A stretch of DNA of 64,000 bases from Yuukianura sp. NJ FZ-2021 (Eukaryota). The notes under the pieces were generated by a model that saw nothing but the letters and a program-made list of their open reading frames with translations, did no database searches and was not told the DNA's origin. Below, piece after piece: positions 16,099 to 31,000 of the stretch (the stretch's first letter is position 1; each line of letters begins with the position of its first letter). Made by a program: the position numbers and the translations under genes. The stretch is from the NCBI GenBank assembly GCA_046563655.1, contig CM102283.1, positions 8,184,001 to 8,248,000 on the forward strand. The letters run 5' to 3'.

Positions 16099-19000
16099 TT
16101 AGACAAAGTTGACATGATCAGCAGTAAACAACGGAGATGCTGGATAAGCTCCATTTCCAGGAGGTCCAGTTTCTGTAAAGCTAATGGCTGGAGCTGAGCA
16201 TCGGAACCTTGGTTTTCCAGTAGTTGGCCACGCAGTGTTCGGAATCCCATGCTTCTTCAACTGCTTGACCCCGTTGACCTTGCATTCGTTGAAAATACTC
16301 GTGCAACTTAGAAAGTGGCTACTCGCAACATGGCCGTTCTACAAAGTCACAAAATCAAAATTTCAAACAAAAAGTTCAAAATTTAATTTCAATTTGAGGC
16401 TCGAGACCTTAAGCCCATGCGCACTTTCTCCAGCATCCAGTTCAGCACATTCAGACAGAAGCCAAGTCGTGGGTTGATAGGAACATCCAGTCTTGTTTTC
16501 TGGAACTTCACTTTTTGTCACAGTTTCCCTGGATGGTGACAGTATTCGTTTCATTTGTTGCGGAGATACTGGGAAGTTGTTGTTGTTTCTTAAAACAGGA
16601 TCGGTTTCAGTACTTTCGTTAGACTCCGTAGAATTTCTTCTGGTTTTAGTCTGATCTTCACCGGTCAACCAGTATGTTCGCATCTCCCCTTTGCCCTGGA
16701 TGTCAAATTTTCGAAATTGTTCAAAATTTTCAAAAACTGAGAAACAAGAATTTCCATAATTCAAAACATGAAAGTCTAACTTTGATTGGAATAATTCCTC
16801 TTTCTTCATAATAGTATCCACCAAGCGTCTCCAGTAAGCTTTGCGTAGCATCTGAAATGTGGATTCGGAGCGGTTCCCCACTGGACTCCATTCTGGAAGC
16901 AGTATTCACCGTGTCACCAAAGAGACAGTATCTTGGCATCTTGAGTCCAACGACACCAGCTACCACCGGACCTAATATATTAAGAATTATTATTTTATAT
17001 AATATAAAATTATTTTATTACCAGAATGAATTCCGATTCGTAGCTTGAGGCGTTCCCCCGGGCGATGTCGGATTTCAAAGCTCTGAATTCTGTCCAGAAG
17101 TGCCAAAGCCATTGAAGCGATTTCTCCTGCATGTTGCTTTCCATTTCTTAGCGGTGGTGGACAGCCGCTTACCTAAAACCAAAATTTTGAAAAAACTTGA
17201 AAACTTTAAAAAAAAGAAAGTTTAGTTTAAATTTTTTGAGGAAGTTAGGTTTGACTAACCACCATGTAAGCATCTCCGATGGTCTCCACTTTGTATACAT
17301 CGTAGTTTGAGATGATAGAGTCAAAGCAAGTGTAGAGGTCATTGAGGAGGTCAACGACCTGGAAGGGGGTACTTACGGCTGACAAAGCCGTGAACCCTAC
17401 GATGTCACTGAAGTAAATGGTCACAGAGTCAAAGCTCTCAGCCTCAACCGGCTCACCGCGTTTGAGTGACTCTGCCACAGATCTTCAAAGAAAAAGTTCA
17501 AAATGTTCAAAATTTGAACCTGTTTAAAAAAAAATTCTGAGAATTTGTTTAAAGTGCCGAGTACTAAAAACCTACGTCGGAAGCATTCGGTGCAGAAGGG
17601 CGTCCGTTTTTTTCTTTTCTTCCATCAATTGTGTCGTTCTCTCTTGAACCAAGTCTTCTAAATTACAAGCGTACTTTTCCATTATAGAAAGCATGTTGTC
17701 AAAAATATTCGGTTTTCTGAAACCAATCAACAAAAAATTCAATTTTCGAAAAGTTTTGTTAAAAAATTGTAAAATTTCAAACTTACAACCCTGCTTGCAT
17801 CTCCTTCAACTTGACCCGGATAAAACGAAAGTCCGGTCGGAGATCAGCGTCTTCCTCCCAACAAGAGGTCATGCAATTCAGAATGCTTTCACCACAATGA
17901 AGGTGGTGAGTGGCTGGACGAAGGTAGGAGAGTCTCCCATTCACAAATTCTGGATGAGCAACTCTCTCTATAATTTCTACATTTCCAAAAATTTAAAATT
18001 TAAAACTTTCAAAATTTTGAAACTGAATTCACTCTTGTACCAAGTGTAGTGAGTTGTGTTTTCCCCCAAGGACCAGATCGTCCAATCAGTTCGTACAGGA
18101 TGATTCCAAATGAGTAGACATCTCCTTTTTGACTTCCCCTTGGGGGAGCACTGGGGTCACGCAGTAGTTCTGGAGCTCTCCATAGCAACTTACGACGACA
18201 CGACTCAAGGTCACGGATTTCCTGTCCAGCTGAAATTCCAAAAATGACACAATTTTGAAAAAAAAAAAGTCAAAACAAACAAAAAGTTAACCAAGATTTG
18301 TCGGATTTTTTGAGCCCGGGTCCTTTAACCTGACATTTTTCAAAGTTGAACAAAACTGTCATACAGAGTCACATTGCCATAAATGAGGAAAATACACTTC
18401 AGGGAATTTTTTAGCCTAATCGTAACTTTTTCCAAATGCCTCCTGTAGAAAGTTAGATGGTGTGATGGTGTTTGAAAAAAACAATATTTTGGAAAATTTC
18501 AATTTGTCATAAATAAGGAAGTTACACTTTAGTGAATTTCTCAGCCTAATCGTCACTTTTTCCAAATGCCTCCTGTAGAAAGTTAGATGGTGTGATGGTG
18601 TTTGAAAAAAACAATATTTTGGAAAATTTCAATTTGTCATAAATAAGGAAGTTACACTTTAGTGAATTTCTCAGCCTAATCGTCACTTTTTCCAAATGCC
18701 TCCTGTAGAAAGTTTAGATGGTGTGATGGTGTTTGAAAAAAACAATATTTTGGAAAATTTCAATTTGTCATAAATAAGGAAGTTACACTTTAGTGAATTT
18801 CTCAGCCTAATCGTCACTTTGTCCAAATGCCTCCTGTATAAAGTTAGAAGGTGTGATGGTATTTTAAAAAAAAACAATATTTTGCAACTTTTGAAATTTT
18901 GCGTAAATGAGGAAAATACAGTTTAGGAAATATTTTAGCCTGATCGTGACTTTTTGAAGGGCGTTTTGCAATTAATTAGTTACTTTAAAAAAAAACCAAA

Positions 19001-22000
19001 TACCAATATTTTTATAATTACCTTTGAATTCATGTAGTCCAAAGTCAGCAATTTGTAGAACCCATCTAGAGTCCACTAGACAGTTGGATGACTTGAGGTT
19101 TCCGTGTGAGATGATCTCTGAGTCATGCAGATAGATCATTCCCTTGATCAAGTCAGCCACCAGGGACGCCAGGAACATATTGTCCAAATGCAGATCTTCA
19201 TTCTGCAAAACATCTTCTAAGCTGCCACGGGCCGAGTAGGCAGTAAAAATTGCAATGCTGCCAGTATCCACGCAAGCACCGATAAATGGAATAATATTTT
19301 CATGTCGAAACTCCCGAATCTAGAGAAAAAATCATACAAAAACTTAGCTTTCAAAACAATTTTCACTTCAAGTTGTCTTTTTTAAAACAAAGAGTGAAAG
19401 TACAGTGAAAGTTGGTTGAGAGGAATGCCGGACCGTACTGTACATTTTCTTTTTAGAAAACATGAAAAGACGGAGCTTAGAAAAAACTAAGCTCATCATT
19501 TCCAACCTTGTGGGATTTCAAATAAACGCGCGTCTTCCTCACGCACTTCCTCATCTAATCCGACTTTCTTTGTTCATTAGTAGTACAATGGGAAGGCTGA
19601 CAAAGGAATGCGGGAGCTACAGCATCAAGGAATCTTCAAATTGGTGTCAAGGGCTTCAAAACAAGCAGCCCCACCATCAGCCCCACCGTGGTGGCTCGTG
19701 CTACCGATGGAGTTTGAGATCCAAATGGCCTACGTGACCTGCAGCTCGAATTTTGTGTAATCAAGGCAGGAGCTTAACCTTGTCCAAATCAATTGAGAAG
19801 ATAATCACAAATTGAGTCTACAAACTAACACCGACGCTTATCCCACGAGGATGAAATTTTAATATAAAAAACTTTTCAGAAACCAAAATTTTAGATTTCG
19901 AAAATTCTGAATCTCGTTTTTGAAAAAGTTGAAACGAACTATATGAGTTGGATTTTCGGTGGTCGTTTGAAGCATTGCTGTGATTGTAAGACTTTTCACT
20001 TTCATTAGTCAGTTTGATAGTCTTTGCATTCCGGAAACGCCGGTTCTAAAAATTTTGAAATTCTGACATAGACTTTTCAAAATTCAAAACAGTTTTCAAA
20101 CGATGTGAACTTCTATTAAAAAAACAGACTAATCGGCTTGGCTTGTTTATTTTCCTAAACTTTGTTTATTTTTTTCAGCGGCAACTTCAATCGATTCTTT
20201 AAAATCTTCCCTGCATTCTTTTTAAAATTTCCGCTTTTCAGCAAGTGAAGAAAAGGAGAAAATGTTGCCAAATATTTTGCATAATTATTTTTGTCATATT
20301 CACTAAAATTTCTAAAATTTGTTACCTGTTTGAGTTCCTTGCGGATATTTCTGGTGAGGTCAATTGTTCTTTTGTGAATAGGCTTGACTGCAACTACAGT
20401 TCCCTTGTGAAAGCCAATCAGCGTGAAGGCTTTCTTGCACGCAAATTCCAACGGAGCGTCACTTTCACCTCCAGCTCCCAAAATTTGTCGGCAAAGCGCC
20501 ACCTAAACAAAATTTTCCAAAATTTACAAAATTAACACTGGAATCTAAGTTTATTGCAGCCACTTTCAACCGGGAGAACAAAAAAAAACTTGGGTAGGAT
20601 AGATTTGTTTTTGTTTTAGAAAACCAAGCACAGCACGTTGCTGATCTTATTATAATATGATTTGATTTTTTGAGCTATTTTTTGAAATGAAAACAGTGAA
20701 TCTCCTTACTACAAAAGCGAGTTACTGTAGGAGTCATGACTCAAATTGAAATTTGAAAAACATGTTTTTTTTAGAATTTTTGTCATAATTTTGGTTGTAA
20801 TGAAAACGTGTGTTTAATTGTTATGTGAGTCCTGTCATGGACGGAAGTCAGGAGGGAGTCCTGAGGTAGTAAAAACTTAAGTCCTAAGGCTTAGAGCAAG
20901 TGCCTTAAGGTCCTTCAACCCTCTTCACTTCGCCCCACTTTTCCGCCAAAAGTGAAAGTTGGTTTTGGCGGGAAAGTTTGAGTTGTGGTGAAAGTTGCTT
21001 ACTGTGGTTCTGGTCCCATGCAGTGGTTCAGGTGGTCCAATTGGAATCATTATCACATCTCTCATCTCAATCTTCCACAGGAGACAAGCCAACTTCTGTT
21101 CATAACGGTAGTATCTAAACAAAGTGTCACAAATAGTTAAGAGGCTAATTAATCAACACAAAGAGTTGAGTAGCCTTTTCACACCTCTTGATTTATAAAC
21201 ACTACACTTCTGCTATAAAAAGTTAGGTTAGACTCTAAGACACTAATCAAGTGTGATGGCACGTTGACCTCATTTCAACAACATCCGTGACCCCGCATTT
21301 CTGTGTACTATAGTTACTCCCTCCATTTCCTATAGATAGTTACTCTCTGTTTCATACATAGTTACTCCCTCCATTCTCTACAGATAGTTACTCCCGCCGT
21401 TTTCTTTTACACATAGTAGTTACTCCCTCCAATGTTTTCGGTTCCTGGCTAATGGTTACACACGACGACAGAGTGACAGAGTCAATAAGATTCTACCCAC
21501 GTCTGATTCTGAAACACGTTTTTCACTTCACACTTCTTCGTAGAATTTTTATTAAACCTTGTTCAAATTTTGAAAATTTGTTCGAAAACTTTTTTTCTTT
21601 GAATTTGAAATTTTTGAAAACTCACCTTGCAACTAGGACTGACGCAGCAGCCAGAACCGACGAAAAGACAGAACAGACGATAATCGTTCTCCAGTCTGGT
21701 TTGTACACACAGTACTCTCCGCGGAACCCACATCGTGGCTCAGCCTTTGGTGGGGCTCCTCCGACCCACCGAATTCCCACTTCATCATTAACATACTGAA
21801 AGCGTGGAATCATTCCGTTGATGGATCCATCCGCCGTGGGAGACGTTTGGACAAAGTAGCCCACAGGGCGCATGCTCATGCCCTTCGGATGGTCATTGCC
21901 CATCATGGACAACACGGTGTAGTTCCCCTCTGCATCCCCATTAGCGTCCATAAAAACCTGAAAATTATTTCAAAACTTTAAAATTTTGAAAAAAAACTTT

Positions 22001-25000
22001 GATCATTTAGAAAAATGTTGAAAAGCAAACATTTCTTTGCTATTCATGAGCAGTAAGTTCAAATAAGCAAACGACGCCAGAATGAAAACAAATGTTACAC
22101 GAGGGACTTGGAAATACCCGGGAGAAATTTTGTTCAGAATACCCGGGATAAATTGAACATGAAAATGGTACTGCTCGTTCCATTAAAAAAAAAGTTTCAG
22201 TAGTCAATTTTATTTTTTTGGCAGAAGTAGGTTATTCCACTCACAGAAAAAAAAATCACTTTGGAATTGAATTTTTTACTTTTTTTCCTAAAATGGTCCT
22301 GAAATTTGCTGAATCACCAAAAAGCAAACAAAGTTTTCGTTTTTTTTTTGAAACGAGAGCGCGTAAGTTTGAAATTTTTTGTTAGTCTTACATCGAATCC
22401 TTGGATAGAATGGTACGATCTGTTCCGTATTTTCCCATAAATTGATATGCCATCTCTAGGGTCGACGCCTTCAGCCAAACTTTCAGTTAGTGCTCGAGCG
22501 TAAATCATCACAGCGTCATACAGATACGCCGCTTCAATTGGAACTTCAGACGCTGCAAAATGAACTGGATGGTACGGAACGCAAAACGGCTCTTCAGCGG
22601 AGTAGTTGGCAAAGAGACTGAAGATTTCACTGGAAAAAGTAGTTTCAGAAAAAAATTATATGTTTCTATGGAGATTTGGGAAAGTCATTTCTGAATTTGA
22701 TTTGCCGGAATTTGGAAATTTGAGCAATTTTTAAGTTTTTGAAGCATGGAATTTCACCTATAGTTTTCCATTCTTGGATAAGACGACTGAATTTTTAGAA
22801 CAGATCGGAAGGCTTTGATTCGACGACGCTGCAGTTGAACTTGTCGCAAACTTTCTTTTTGAGAGTGAAAATTTTGTTCAAATTTTGATGAGTTTTGATT
22901 GGTTGAAGGGTAATCTTCGGGCAGATAATCTAAAAAAAAGTTTTTATTAGTAGTTCAAACCTTTTTTCAAGCATTCAAAAACGCAAGTTGTAAAAACTCC
23001 ATAAAGTTTAAAATTGAGGCCAATTGGACGAACTCAGAATTTTTTTTTTTGAAACTTGACTTTCGTCTATTTTGTTTCAAAATATGAAATTTTTCAGAAT
23101 TTTGGATTCTTGCATTACCAGTTTCAATGTAGTTGCATTCTGTAGTGGGGTAACAAATTTTGTCATCGATGGAAATAATTATGTAATTTCCAGAGTCCAG
23201 TAACTTTTTGTTGTCCATTGCTTTCACAAAGTCCACCAGCGCAACATGTTCTCCCATAAAAACGTAAACTGGAATCATAAAAAATTAATTAAAAAAACTT
23301 TATTTGATGAACTTTTCAATTTTTGAAATTTTTCCAAACTGGGGCATACACACATGGTACAAACAATTTGTAGAGTTTAATATTTTTGGAAAAAACATTT
23401 TTTTTTTATTCTTGGAAATCTTCCCAAGCCAAAAGAAAAAAAAAGAAAAAGGATGGAGAAAGTTTACAACTTTTTTTTCTGCTTTTTAGCGCCAAACTCC
23501 GAAAAGGAAAAAAGAGAAAGCGCGGAAGTATGGTTGAATTCCCTTTTGACATTTTCCGCCTAATTCCACATGAGAGAGTTATGTTCAAATAATCCAATTC
23601 CTACACACCTCCCGCACTTTTTACACACTAAGCACAAAGCCAGAGAAAGTTCATTTCCCTCTTCATAATTCCCCCACTTTCCCCGACGCCAAATGTACAC
23701 CATGTCTCACAAAAACAAAAACACTTGAAAAAAAAGAAGAATAAAAAGGAAACTAATAACACTAAACTTCGAAGCAAACAGTTTCAAATTTCAAAGTTGA
23801 AAAGTTTAAAGTTAAAGAGAAAAAACCGAAGATCCTTTGAACTCAATGGAATCATGTGATCTGCTACATATTTGAAAAAAATTTAGAAAACTCCAAAAAA
23901 AAAATTGTCAAACGCGAATTTTATCCGTGTCAAGTTTAATGTGGAAAAAGCCGCATGTAAAATTAAAAAAAAAATCAGAATTTGACTGTCAGTATTTTCA
24001 GTTTCAACGTTCTGGGTAGACGTTTTTCTTCTTTTTTTCTTTTTTTTTTTGAACATGCTGTACATTAGCGTCTGAATCTTAATCAAAGTTGCTAAAGAAA
24101 ACAGTGAGACGGATGAGCTCAAATGGAGAGTTAGATGACATGACAAAACCGTAAAAGTGCTGAGACGGCACAAAATGCCTTGCGGTGTGACACTTCTCTG
24201 TGTTCAAACAGACTTTTTTTTAAATAAAGTTAAAAAAAGTGAAAGTAGGGCATGAAACTAACCCAGTTGTGAAAACTATCGAAAGTATACTAAAGGATGA
24301 AGGAACTTCATAATATCAAATCAGTTCTACAAATGGACTCATTTTCTAAACTGTCTCACTCCTTCCCGGATTATTTGGACTCCGACATGACGCCCTTTGG
24401 GTGGAACGATCCAAAATGACACTTTTTGAAATTTCCAAAATCCAAAATGACTCTGTTTCAAAATCCCTCTGGATCACTTTCACTTTACAAAACGTGCAAC
24501 ACGGCGGAAGTGAAAGCAGGGGATGGACAATCACACTTTCAGAGCTCAAATCACTTCTGTGCCACTTTGTTACATTTGTACAACCGAAGCACGCTTCACG
24601 GTTTCTCGTACCCTCAAGGGCACGTTTTTAGAACAAACTTAACATTTTTAGAACAAAACACTTTTGTTCTAAAATCATAAAAGTCACATTCACACTTCCA
24701 CTTGGTCCATCTACGCACATATACTTTGTACTTAACAATTCAGTACGCACCAGTTCACTTTGCTCAAGTTCCAAAAAAAAAACGAAAAGTTTTTTTTTAC
24801 TTTCTTGTTTGAACAAAAACAATTTGAAATCAAAGGCCAAGAAATTCGAATCGGCAGTTTAACATCCCTGCTTCAAAACTTTTTTGTTTAACTTTGGCAC
24901 TACAAAAGAAAGTTTTGGTAACCAAAAAGTGCTGGAAACAGTGTAAATAAAATATGTACTGAAGGTTGACCTTGGCTGTAGAAAGGTCAAAAGACAGTTC

Positions 25001-28000
25001 AAGGTTTCTAGGAGACAAAAACTAGAGTTTTTTTTTGAATCTAGGAAAAGTGTATCTAATTACAAGGCAAACAAAAGAGAAAGTGGAGAAAGCATGAGAA
25101 AAGTTTTTTTTTGGTTTTTTGATACCTCTTGTTTTGTCATGAGATTCGGTGACAATCCGTTCTAGTTCGCTGAACTTCTCGGGTATGTAGTCTTGGAGGC
25201 TGTAGGTTGTGGTGATGTTGATTCCATGTAGCTTGGACAAGACCTGCGCACAAACGGGGTTAAACATAATTAACATTGGAATTCTGAGAAGTTGTATTAA
25301 AGTTAATTGACAATTAACAATTCTACGATTAGTTAAAGTTGTTCAGACACAAACTGCGGATTGTAAGAATTTAGAGTTAGCGACAACTAGCAATGAAGCC
25401 GAAAACTCTGCTTTTTAGTGTACTGCTTGCGACAGGATTTTTGCTGTTGGAGGCTAGACCGAGGTCGACGACGCCAGCACCGGCTGCTGCTGCAACTGAT
25501 GCAGCACCGGCCGAAGAGACAACGGAGGCACCAACTGACCCACCGCCAGCCGAAGAACCAACAGAAGCACCAACAGAGCCACCAAATGCCCCACCAGATC
25601 CACCAGAAGCACCTCCTGCAGAGCCACCAGCAACAGACGCACCTCCTGCAGACGCAACTGCTGCACCAGCCGATGCTGGAAATGCTACTGCTGCAGCAGG
25701 AAACGCTACTGCTGGAAACAGCACGGGACAGGAAGAGCAAGTGGTAACTTCACCTCTGCCGCTTTTTCAAAAAAAAACACTTTAAAAGTTCAAAATTTCA
25801 AATCGTTTTTATTTTTTTTGGCCTCTAGGAACTGAAATGGGCGAGTTCAAACGGTAATTGCGTAAAACGGGAAAAATTGGTCCGGGAAAAATTTAATTAA
25901 ACAACATTAAGTTATTTTCTTGTAGATGCAAAATTTGCGGCGGGCTCTGCAATACCGACGCTGCGGTTGGGAGTTACCAACTACACTATTTTCAGAAAGC
26001 GGGTAACAGCAAACACTATGTTGATGAAAAGTGGCATGACCTTTGACCTCAAGAAAGAAACGTCGCTTCCATTTTGTTTGTTTAGGTGAGCTGGTTCAAG
26101 GCGCATGAGCAATGTCGGTTGCACAACATGATCCTGGCGACATTCCCGACTGAGGAGAGTTACGACATAATTGCGGATCACATCTTTAACATCAGCGTGA
26201 TCGATCCTAATGCGGTGAGTGAGTTTCTGGGTGAACGGAGATACTGGATGGGGTTGAATGACTGGTCGGGAGAGGGGGAGTGGCGTTGGATTGACACTGG
26301 AGAACGGCTCACCTACATGTCCAGGTTAGTTCCATGCCATTGTATCAACTGAATTGTATCAACTGCCATTGTATCAACTGCCATTGTGTCAACTGCCATT
26401 GTATCAACTGAATTGTGTCAACTGCCATTGTGTGAACTGCGATTTTAGCAACCGGATTGTTTCAAATGCCATTGTATCAACTGAATTGTTTCAAATGCCA
26501 TTGTATCAACTGAATTGTTTCAAATGCCATTGTATCAACTGAATTGTTTCAAATCCCATTGTATCAACTGAATTGTTTCAAATGACATTGTATCAACTGA
26601 ATTGTGTCAACTGTCATTGTGTAAAGTGCCATTGTATCAATTGAATTTTGTCAACTGGAATTGTATCAACGGTGAATTGCGACTACGGCTACTGGTATTT
26701 ACGAACCTAACCAAAATTAACCCAAGCTCAATGAAGCATGTTGACACAATTGAGCGTCGCTACAATTCCAGTTGACACAATTGAGCGTTGAGACAATTCC
26801 AGTTGACACAATTGAGCGTTGATACAATTCCCGTTGACACAATGGCTTACTCCCGACCAGGTGGTACCCAGGTCAACCAGATCACGTTGAACAACCAAGG
26901 GAGTTGAGCCACTTTGTGCACAAGCAGGGCAAACCTGGTGCTCACTGCGGCTTGATTTGGAATCCACAATTTGAAGAAGGTGAAAAGCATGTTTGGGACG
27001 ATTGCCTTTGTATTGGAGATGCCACCGTCAATGCCTACTACTACTTCATCTGCCAAGATTTTGTAGAAACTGTCAAAACTTATTAAACTAAAAAAAACTC
27101 ATTTTTAAAAAAGTTTTTTGAAATAGACAAATATACAAAGGATGTACTGTCGATCTGCTTAACGAACGAGAGTAAAAGTGAAAAAAAAAATCACACGCAA
27201 AATAAAGCTCCCACCATGTACGACATTTTTCGGGCGCCATCTTTTCCAATTTTTTTTACTCTTGTACTTCCGCTTACGCGTAGCATCTTTTGTATTACAC
27301 TTGGGAATTGGTACGCAGGAAAAGCAACCAGTGGCAACCAGCTGGAAAATTACGGAAGATGATACTTCCTGTAGATTTTTCTTGGTAAAATTTTGTCTCT
27401 CGTGACCTTTGACCTTTCTCAGGTTCCGTTTTCTCAAGAGATTTGTGTCATCCAATCAAATCTCAAGGAGAGCATTCTGGATGACCTGTTTTCTTTTGCT
27501 TTTGCTGGCCAAAGGCCATTGGCAGTGTCACCAAAATAATCCTCCAGTGAGACAGAGTGACAAACAAACATTTCACAAATTACTTTCGGCCATCGAACTC
27601 AAACGAACCAAATTCAATTCTTTTTCTTCCACTTCGAAAAAAAAATGCTTCAGAAACAAGAATTTTTTGGAAATTTAGATCAACAACTTTGATTAGGAAG
27701 AAACTGAAAAATTATGAAATGTTTTTAAGGAAACTTCCTTGTTGAAAATTTTTGGGCTAATTTTAAATTTGACCCCGGGGAAATGAAATTTGAATGGTGG
27801 TGAGCTGACCTTTGAATGTTTAAGTTTAAGGTTAGTTCCGAATATTTGCATTGTGTTTTCACCAAAACATGTAATTTCCTGAGTGGTGGAGAAAATTGCC
27901 TCAAGGGCTACTTACACTTTAACTTTTAACATTTTTATGACTTGACTCAAAATTTCAATTTCATTTTCAAAATTTCGGTTGAAAATTTTATAAGGTTCAA

Positions 28001-31000
28001 ACTCTGATATGCTCATTGCTCAGCCGCCTGTACTGAACTTCATGAATATCCTAAACAGTTTATAAATAAAGTCATAAACGAGAACAACCAAAAAAATGGC
28101 AGGAAATTTATGATCTTTTACAATCTTCCAGAAAATGCTGCCTTGGATACAACAGCGGCTTTTTGCAATACTTTTTGCAACTGCTGACTTTTTTAGGCTA
28201 AAACTTCCAGCAAGCATCTTCCAGTATCCAGTGTTTGTTCATGCAAAGTTTTTTTGGTACGAAAATAAATCAATTTTCTTCTTCTCAATTTGTCTTTGGA
28301 CAAGTCGAGAGCCAAACAGGACAAACGAAACTAATACTGTAACCCCAAAATGTCTAATTTATTTCTTCCTTATACTTTTTTTTGGCATCCCATAAGACAT
28401 TGAATCTAATCAAACATTTAAATAAACATGAAAAAAATCGAGAAATAAAAGTAATTCGACAATGAAAAAAATAGTAATTTTAAATATAGGCCCAGGGTTG
28501 TTACGCATTTGGCAGTGGCATTTTTGGCACCCCGCTTTAAATGCGAAAAATGCGTATTAAAATCATTTTTGGCGCCAATTATAACAACGAGAGATAAGAA
28601 ATCTGCCATAATTAAATGGAGACAAAAATCGCATTATCAGCTACGCATTTTTCGCATGTGGCGCTTTAAATGCCGAAATTGCGTACCAAAACCATTTTTG
28701 GCGCCAAAAATAACAACCCTGTATAGGCCTCAAAATTTTTTTAATAAGGGTGCAAACTCTATAGATTCCCAATGAGAAGAAAGTAATGACTTTGGTGAAA
28801 ATTTGATTTCACAAAAAAGAAAAATGAAAAAGGTGTAACCGCTGTACAAAAGTAGCGAAAGTGAAAGTTTATTTTTGACGTTCGAGAATACGTTGCCTGA
28901 CCTAACAAGAACATGACTTCAACAAATCATATAACCCAACCATCATTAATTTGTAGTTGGGCAAATATGTGAAAATTGCAAGATTCCTGAACAACCAGAT
29001 TGTATTTCCTGGAACAGGTTGTCAAATAACTCAGCGTTTGCAAAAAATTTTGCTCCAAATAATTTTCTCCCTCAATTTTCTCTCAATTCAATTCCTTTAC
29101 ATAAAATAATTACCATAGGAAAAAGTTTTTCAAATTTTTTAACAAAATGAAAAACATCGAGTTATTGAACAACCTGGTGTATAAAAAACATTTTTTACGA
29201 ACCTTGGAAAATTCCGCGATTTTTGTTTTTGAGTTGTCAGACAGAGACAGACGGACGGACTTGGGTGAAAAGCAGAAAGTGGCTATCGCTACTTTTCGAA
29301 AACAGAAACCGCAAGCTTGCTTCTCATCGTTACTCAATGAATTTTCTCAGCTTTCTCATTTCATTTTCCTGTTAACACTGAAATACAAAATTTGAAATGG
29401 AGAAAGCAGAAGTGGGTCACTTTGAGGTTCGAATTTGTGGATTCCGAGTTTAGTGGGGGCCTCAAAAGATCAAGCGTAGAGTAAATGCGTGAGAGGTTCA
29501 GATTTCAAGGATTGAAGGAAAAATGGAACTTGGTGTTTGTTCTAAATTTTGAATGAAAGCCTATTGACCTCTATCTTCTTCCAAAATTTATCTTTTCTCC
29601 TCTTTTCTAGAAAAATCCACGAGGAAAGTAGAATCTTGTTCATCATTTTGATTCTTCGAAGCAGAAAAAGTGCTTTTCTGGAAGCTTTGAGTTCAATGTT
29701 AAACAAAATCCTCAGAAAATCCCTTCATAAATAACATTGTCTTTTCTTCGAAGTTGTTTGGGCTTAAAAAATGAAAACAAAAATATGAGCAGCATAACGG
29801 ACTTTTTCCTGTCATGACTTTTAAAATTTTGAAATATGGAAAACAAATTCCACTTTATTCAAATTTTGAATAATGTTTAGAAATTATTCCAAAAAAATAA
29901 AAATATGAAAACAAACAGCAAGGTTCAGTAAACCAATAAAACCAACGGCCTATGCAAGGTTCTTTTATAACGAAAAGTGAATTTTCTTTAGCAGGTTGAG
30001 TACAACCTCTTCGCTGACAAAAATAAAATGAAAAAAAATTAAATTTTCTAAAAATTTTTTTTTGCAAAATTTAAAAAATTCGGCGTTATCGGTATGACTG
30101 CGATGTTGTGAAATAAAAATACACTTTTTGTTGTAAAATCAGAAAACGTGAAGTATTAACTCAATCTGTTAAAAAAAATAAAAGGCAACAAACCTTTGGC
30201 CTATGCATTTTTTTTTTAGAAAAAAGTGCACTTTTTCTCTTAGTCTACAAAAACAAATTTTCGCCAAGTTTTGATCAAACTACGAACAAGTTCCTGCCAA
30301 TGCATAAAATTTCGAAATTTTGAAACTTACTTTGAATGCTTCCCAGTTTTGGTTCCATCGATCCTTCCGCCAATGGCAAACGACCAGCACGACTTTGGAC
30401 CAATTGAAACGTTTGAGCAGAGCGACAACAGATTTGGACACTTTGGATGACGGTGGCAGCGTTCTTCCAAAAGTCGAGTAAGTTTTCTTATCAGAAACTT
30501 GATAGTCGGAACATTTCTAAAAACAAAGTTTCAAAAAAAGTTTCAAAAACTAAAAATAAAATTTTGGGACAAAAACAATTCTGAAGAACTTCAAAAGGTA
30601 TAAGATTAATTACTGAGTGCCTAATTAGTTTTCCTAAAAGTTGAAGAGAAAAGTGGCCGTAGGCTAGTTCCAGGAAAGACAAAAACGAAAACAAAGGTTA
30701 GTAGGATCAGAAGGAAGTTTTAGTCCTACTATTTTCTAGCACTTTCTTTCTAGTACTTTTTGTAGCACTTTTTTTCTAGTACTTTTTTCTAGTACACTTT
30801 TAGTTAAATTAACAGACTAAAGTAGTTAACCTACTAAAAGTATAGTCGTTTCAACTATTCAGAGCGGAAGAAATGGAAAAATTGGCAGCAGGAACTACTG
30901 TACCTACGACTGTTTTCGATTACGTAAACAAAACGTTTTTCATCTGTTCATCTCTGTGTTTTCAACGGCCGTCTGTGATGTAAAGAGCTTAGCATTTTTG

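Noticed and set aside
18381-18955. Regularly spaced repeats as a possible CRISPR-like array
   Set aside because: Whole units are duplicated with no unique spacers; eukaryotic intron; no cas-like ORFs.
25377-25747. Several overlapping ORFs on both strands (Gly/Ala-rich, Cys/Trp-rich)
   Set aside because: Shadow frames of the low-complexity mucin exon of the lectin gene.
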